Source of the DNA: Okamejei kenojei
Lineage: Eukaryota
DNA: 64,000 nt
Direction: 5' to 3'
Assembly (NCBI GenBank): GCA_035221665.1
Contig: CM069140.1
Span: forward strand, 69,254,001 to 69,318,000
Made by a program: the position numbers and the translations under genes. Under the pieces are notes generated by a model that searched no databases, had not been told where the DNA came from, and worked only from the letters and a program-made list of their open reading frames with translations. Positions within the stretch are counted from its first letter, which is position 1, and each line of letters opens with the position of its first letter. Below are positions 63,149 to 64,000 of the stretch, in pieces.

Positions 63149-64000
63149 CAGTGCCCTCCATAATGTTTGGGACAAAGACAAATCGTTTATTTATTTGCCT
63201 CTGTACTCCACAATTTGAGATTTGTAATAGAACAAAATCACATCTGGTTAAAGTGTACATTGTCAGATTCTAATAAAGGCCATTTTTATGCATTTTGGTT
63301 TCACCATGTAGAAATTACCACAGTGCTTATACATAGTCCCCCCATTTCAGGGCACCATAATGTTTGGGACACAGCAATGACATGTAAATGAAAGTAGTCA
63401 TGTTTAGTATTTTGTTTTATATCCTTGCATGTAATGACTGCTTGAAGTCTGCAATTCATGGACATCACCAGTTGCTGGGTGTCTTCTCTGGTAGACAGAT
63501 AGCAACTGAGCAGATAGGATGTGTCTATACATTTCAGAATTCATTATGCTTCTACCATCAGCAATTGTATCATCAATGAAGATAAGTGAGCCAGTACCTT
63601 CAGCAGCCATACATGCCCAGGCCATAACACCCCCACCACCGTGTTTCACAGATGAGGTGGTATGCTTTGGATCTTGGGCAGTTCCTTCTCTCCTCCACAC
63701 TTTGCTCTTGCCATCACTCTGATATGTTAATCTTCGTCTCACCTGTCCACAAGACCTTTTTCCAGAAGTGTGGTTGCTCTTTTAAGTACTTCTTGGCAAA
63801 TTGTAACCTGGCCATTCTATTTTCATGGCTAACCAATGGTTTGTATCTTGCAGTGTAGCCTCTATTTCTGTTCATGAAGTCTTCTGCGGACAGTGGTCAT
63901 TGACAAATCCACACCTGACTCCTGAAGAGTGTTTCTGATCTGTCGGACAGGTGTTTAGGTTTTTTTCTTTATTATAGAGAGAATTTTTCTGTCATCAGCT
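63149..64000 (-). mobile_element. Defective Tc1-family DNA transposon (IR/DR type), running off the window edge
   Basis: TA|CAGTGCCCTCCATAATGTTTGGGACA terminus, inner direct repeat ccataatgtttgggaca at about 63355-63371. Minus-strand transposase FWKKVLWTGETKIN...KVWRR...VKHGGGGVMAWACM...MNSEMYRHIL and C-terminal SMNCRLQAVITCKG..TKY*. Confidence 0.92.

Noticed and set aside
60681-64000. Final TGFBR3 cytoplasmic-tail exon (SENSSAAHSIGSTQSTPCS)
   Set aside because: No matching frame seen, so it presumably lies beyond the window.
1-64000. CRISPR array, operon or other prokaryotic system suggested by recurring gctggagtaactcagc repeats and the ORF track
   Set aside because: The repeats are dispersed in both orientations without regular spacers, and the window is a spliced vertebrate gene.

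Overview
AT-rich vertebrate genomic DNA. The repeat families suggest a cartilaginous fish such as a skate or ray (inference). The window lies inside one plus-strand gene, TGFBR3 (TGF-beta receptor type III, betaglycan). I traced 13 consecutive coding exons by hand from 12677 to 60680. All have GT-AG boundaries and consistent phases, totalling 2194 nt. They correspond to about human exons 4-16 and encode the orphan domain, the ZP-N/ZP-C domains with two Ser-Gly GAG sites, the juxtamembrane region and the transmembrane helix. The signal-peptide exons and the cytoplasmic-tail exon were not found in the window. The introns are filled with three CR1-type LINE families, tRNA-derived V-SINE (HE1-like) copies, Rex1/Babar-like tails, a TTAA-flanked palindromic MITE and a deleted IR/DR Tc1 transposon. 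The most interesting non-coding signal is an abundant short repeat that carries a minimal type I hammerhead ribozyme motif (CUGAAGA-A-stem II-GAAACGUC). It inserts as inverted pairs with 12-15 bp target-site duplications, which fits a Penelope-like or retrozyme-like system. Exon coordinates were checked base by base; repeat boundaries are approximate, and family names come from recognition, not database searches.
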